From Hyalangium minutum (GTDB taxonomy: Bacteria > Myxococcota > Myxococcia > Myxococcales > Myxococcaceae): 62,000 nucleotides of DNA. Of this stretch, positions 58,916 through 62,000 are shown one piece after another. Every line of letters begins with the position of its first letter. The first letter of the stretch is position 1. The DNA lies in NCBI RefSeq assembly GCF_000737315.1, contig NZ_JMCB01000003.1:206001-268000 (forward strand). The letters are read 5' to 3'. Under the pieces are notes generated by a model. That model saw nothing but the letters and a program-made list of their open reading frames with translations. It had not been told where the DNA came from and ran no database searches. The translations under genes were made by a program, and so were the position numbers.

Positions 58916-60163
58916 TCAGAACAGCGCGTGCTCCGCGAGGAGCACCGCCAGCCCCACGATGAAGCTCAACAGCGTCACTGGCACGCCCACGCGCAGGTAG
59001 TCCAGGAAGGACATCTTCACCTTGTCGCGCGCGGCCTCGAAGACGATCAGGTTCGCCACGCTGCCAATCAACGTCAGGTTGCCCGCCAGCGTGGAGCACA
59101 GCGCCAGCACGTGCCAGCCCAGCTCCGGGTCCTGCAGCGTCGGAACCCACGTGCGCGCCAGCATCACGAACGGCACGTTGCTGAACAGGTTCGACGCCAC
59201 CAGCGTCAGCGCCGCGAACCCCAGCGTCTCCCGCCACGGTGGCCCCGCCATCAACGGCGCGAACAGCGCCCGCAGCTCCTCCGTCCAGCCGTACTTGTTC
59301 ACCCCGTACACCACGATGAACAGGCTGGCGAAGAACACCAGCAGCACGAAGTCCACTCGCTCCATGATGGCCCGAGGCTCTCGGCGCGCCATGGCCATCA
59401 CCACCGCCGCTCCCGTCAGCGCGCTCCAGCTCATGGAGAAGCCCGCGAAGAAGGCCACCACCACCGCCGCCATCACCGCCACCGTCAGCACCATCAGCGG
59501 TCGATCCACCGGAGGCGGCTGCGGCTGCGGCTCGAAGCGCTTCGTGGGCAGCTCCTTGCGGAACAGGTACAGCAGCATTGCGATGACAATCCCCGTGGAC
59601 AGGATCGCCGGCAGCGCCATGTACGCGGCGAAGCTCGCGTAGGACAGCTTCGAGGCCCCCTGAATCAGCATGTTCTGCGGGTTGCCCGTGAACGTGGCCA
59701 CCGAGCCGCTGTTGGAGCCCATGCACACCGCCAGCAGGTACGGCACGGGCGGCAGGCGCGCGTCCTCCACCACCACCAGCACCAGCGGCGTCAGCATCAG
59801 GCACACGGTGTCATTCACCAGGAACGCGGACAGGAGCGCGCTGATCCCCGTCACCGCCGCCAGCAGCAGCCGGGGCGTGTGCGCCAGCCGCACCGTGTGG
59901 GCCCCCGCCGTCCGGAAGAACGCCGCCTGCGCCAGGTACGCCGCCAGCAGCATCATCCCCAGCAGCAGGACGATCGTGTCCAGATCCACCGCGTGCCGCG
60001 AGACGTCCTCGCTGTGGTTGAAGACCTCGGCGGGGGTGACGACGCCCAGGACCACCATGAGCACGGCACCCAGCAGGGCGCCGCCCGGCCGATCCAGCTT
60101 CAGGAACGGGAGGCGCGCCCCGGCAATGAACACATACGTCAGCAAGAAGATGGCGAGGGCCAC
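58916..60163 (-). CDS. ArsB/NhaD (SLC13-like) anion permease
   Basis: Many transmembrane helices. Motifs LSAFLVNDT, GSVATFTGNPQN, FSNVP and STLAGNLTLIGSVANLIV. Confidence 0.85.
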   Translation of the reverse strand: MALAIFLLTYVFIAGARLPFLKLDRPGGALLGAVLMVVLGVVTPAEVFNHSEDVSRHAVDLDTIVLLLGMMLLAAYLAQAAFFRTAGAHTVRLAHTPRLLLAAVTGISALLSAFLVNDTVCLMLTPLVLVVVEDARLPPVPYLLAVCMGSNSGSVATFTGNPQNMLIQGASKLSYASFAAYMALPAILSTGIVIAMLLYLFRKELPTKRFEPQPQPPPVDRPLMVLTVAVMAAVVVAFFAGFSMSWSALTGAAVVMAMARREPRAIMERVDFVLLVFFASLFIVVYGVNKYGWTEELRALFAPLMAGPPWRETLGFAALTLVASNLFSNVPFVMLARTWVPTLQDPELGWHVLALCSTLAGNLTLIGSVANLIVFEAARDKVKMSFLDYLRVGVPVTLLSFIVGLAVLLAEHALF

Positions 60164-60231
60164 GAAGCGCGGACAGTACCCCAGGTGCTTCTGCTACGCT
60201 GCAATCCTCACGCATCGCCTCAAGGGACATC

Positions 60232-61308
60232 ATGACCGGCACCAGCCGGCCCGAAGAGGGGCCGGTGCAGCTCGACGGCAGCGAAGGGGAGGGGGGAGGG
60301 CAGATCCTCCGCTCGGCGCTCGCCCTGTCGCTCATCACCGGCCGCCCGTTCCACCTCACCCGCCTGCGTGAGCGCAGGGATCCCCCCGGCCTGCGCCCTC
60401 AGCACCTGGCCTGCGTGCGAGGCGCCGAGGCCCTCAGCTCCAGCACCAGCGTGGGCGCCGTCCTGGGCGGCTCAGAGCTGTCCTTCACCCCCGGCCCCGT
60501 GCGTCCCGGCGACTACGTACTGGAGGTGGGCACTGCAGGCAGCACCCCGTTGCTCTTCCAGTGCCTCTTCTTCCCATTGGCCCTGGCCGGAGGCGGGAGC
60601 CTCACCCTGCGCGGCGGCACGCACCTGCCGCACAGCCCCAGCTACCACTACCTCGCCAACGTCTGGCTGCCGGTGATGCACGCCTATGGGTTCCCGGCCG
60701 CGCTCCGGCTGACGCACGCCGGCTTCTACCCAGAGGGTGGCGGAGAGTTTCAAGGAGAGATCTCGGCTCCGGCCGAGCCGCCCCGGCTCGTGGATCTGCC
60801 CACGCGCGGCATGCTGCAGGACATCACCGTCAGCACCTTCGTGGGGGGCCTGCCGTTCACCATCGCCGATCGCCAGTCCCGTGCCGCCGAGGCCGCCTTG
60901 CGTGAGCGGGGGCTCTACAGCCTCGTGCAGAACCGGGCCTTGCCCGTGGCGGGCTCTGCCGGAACCGTCACTTTCATCCTGGCGCAGTTCGAGAACACCT
61001 TCGCGGGCTTCACCGCCATCGGTGAGCGCGGACGGCCCGCAGAGGAAGTGGGGCGCGAGGCCGCTGACGCCGTGGCCCGCTTCATGGAATCCGCCGGCGC
61101 CATCGACGAGCACCTGGGGGATCAGATCCTGCTCCCGGCGGCGCTGCTGGCCTCGGGGCGGCTGGGCCCGGCCTCACCGGGAACCACGCGCTTCACGGCC
61201 GCGAAGGTCACCGAGCACCTGACGACGCACGCACGGGTCCTCGAGCGCTTCCTGCCAGTCAAAGTGACGGTGGAGCCGGGCGGTACGGTGGAGGTCCGCC
61301 CGGCTTGA
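60232..61308 (+). CDS. rtcA: RNA 3'-terminal phosphate cyclase
   Basis: LDGSEGEGGGQILRSALALS, GLRPQHL, GFYPEGGG and catalytic DEHLGDQ. Confidence 0.92.
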   Translation: MTGTSRPEEGPVQLDGSEGEGGGQILRSALALSLITGRPFHLTRLRERRDPPGLRPQHLACVRGAEALSSSTSVGAVLGGSELSFTPGPVRPGDYVLEVGTAGSTPLLFQCLFFPLALAGGGSLTLRGGTHLPHSPSYHYLANVWLPVMHAYGFPAALRLTHAGFYPEGGGEFQGEISAPAEPPRLVDLPTRGMLQDITVSTFVGGLPFTIADRQSRAAEAALRERGLYSLVQNRALPVAGSAGTVTFILAQFENTFAGFTAIGERGRPAEEVGREAADAVARFMESAGAIDEHLGDQILLPAALLASGRLGPASPGTTRFTAAKVTEHLTTHARVLERFLPVKVTVEPGGTVEVRPA

Positions 61309-61356
61309 CACGGAAACGGTGTCTTGCAGCTTCAGGCCCGGGTAGCCGGGTGAGGC

Positions 61357-61704
61357 TCAGGACTCTTCTTCGCCCTCGGCCGCCGCAGCCGCCGAAGTAC
61401 CGAAGGAGTTCGAGTCCGCGATCTCCTTCGTCGTGTTGCGGTAGGCCCGGAGCGCGAACGGCGTGGCTGCCAGGAACACGAGCCCGGCCAGGCCGATGGC
61501 GGCCCAGGGCACCGGGGTCTCCTTGATCTGGATGTCCTTGCTATAGGCGTTCATGTTGCCCCCGAGCTGCTGAGCCTTGAGGGCGGACTTCTCCTCATCG
61601 GACATCTCGGAGGGGGGCTGGAACTCCTGCACGGGGCGGCCAGCCAGCACGGCGCTACCCGAGAGCAGGGCGGACAGGAGGACGAGTCGCGAGAGCGTAC
61701 GCAT
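61357..61704 (-). CDS. Small hypothetical exported/membrane protein
   Basis: Probable start ATG at 61704 (MRTLSRLVLLSALLSGSAVLA, signal-like). One transmembrane helix (PWAAIGLAGLVFLAATPFAL). Acidic tail. Confidence 0.6.
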   Translation of the reverse strand: MRTLSRLVLLSALLSGSAVLAGRPVQEFQPPSEMSDEEKSALKAQQLGGNMNAYSKDIQIKETPVPWAAIGLAGLVFLAATPFALRAYRNTTKEIADSNSFGTSAAAAAEGEEES

Positions 61705-61821
61705 GGAATCCCATCCTATCACGGGTCGGGCCCTCCATCGCCAGAGGGGACCATCGCCGCCCGTACAGCTCCATGAAAGCAGGCTTGCGTCCGTCCCAGC
61801 CGTCCATTAGGCGCGGAGCGA

Positions 61822-62000
61822 ATGCGCCTGCTCTTCGTTGGCCTCGCGAACCTGCTGCTGGGGGTGTGGACCCTGCTTGGGCTGCCCTTCCGCCTGCTTG
61901 CCTCCCGGAACCGTCCCACCTACGTCCGCTTCCGGCTCTCCGGGGAGCTGCCCTACCGTCAGCCGCGCAAGGCCCGGCGGTTTTTCTCCGGCTCGAAGCC
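61822..62000 (+). CDS. 5' part of a membrane protein, probably signal peptide peptidase SppA (runs off the window)
   Basis: ATG at 61822 after GGAG. MRLLFVGLANLLLGVWTLLGLPFRLLASRNRPTYVRFRLSGELPYR resembles myxobacterial SppA N-termini as recalled; not verified. Confidence 0.45.
   Translation, partial: MRLLFVGLANLLLGVWTLLGLPFRLLASRNRPTYVRFRLSGELPYRQPRKARRFFSGSK

Noticed and set aside
60232-61308. rtcA as RNA-repair immunity against the Rhs toxin
   Set aside because: It is separated from the toxin by three genes, has no rtcB partner here and would not reverse deamination. Probably core-genome context.

Overview
GC-rich (about 70%) window that looks myxobacterial (Cystobacter/Archangium/Hyalangium-like, inferred from gene families and GC content). 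About 47 kb (8.9-56.2 kb) is one translationally coupled four-gene unit: a PpiC/PrsA-like foldase lipoprotein; a 10,488-aa Sec-exported protein of Ig-like, IPT/TIG and LVIVD-like modules with a Cys/Asp-rich tip; a second foldase lipoprotein; and a 4,682-aa Rhs protein. The Rhs protein has a probable lipoprotein signal and ends in DPxG-L, a pretoxin HINT domain and a low-GC deaminase-like toxin with no adjacent immunity gene. A third foldase is transcribed divergently. Just downstream of it is an AhpD/CMD-like gene that the ORF track splits in two; it reads as one CxxU selenoprotein with an fdhF-like SECIS hairpin. The left flank has HEAT-repeat, TPR/cNMP-binding, ATPase-less MshEN, lipoprotein and TPR genes. 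The right flank has a Ser/Thr kinase, an Rpn nuclease with a probable internal RpnS start, an ArsB/NhaD-type anion permease, rtcA, a small membrane protein and the probable start of sppA. No rRNA, tRNA, CRISPR array or IS element was seen. All domain calls come from motif recognition by eye; no searches were run.
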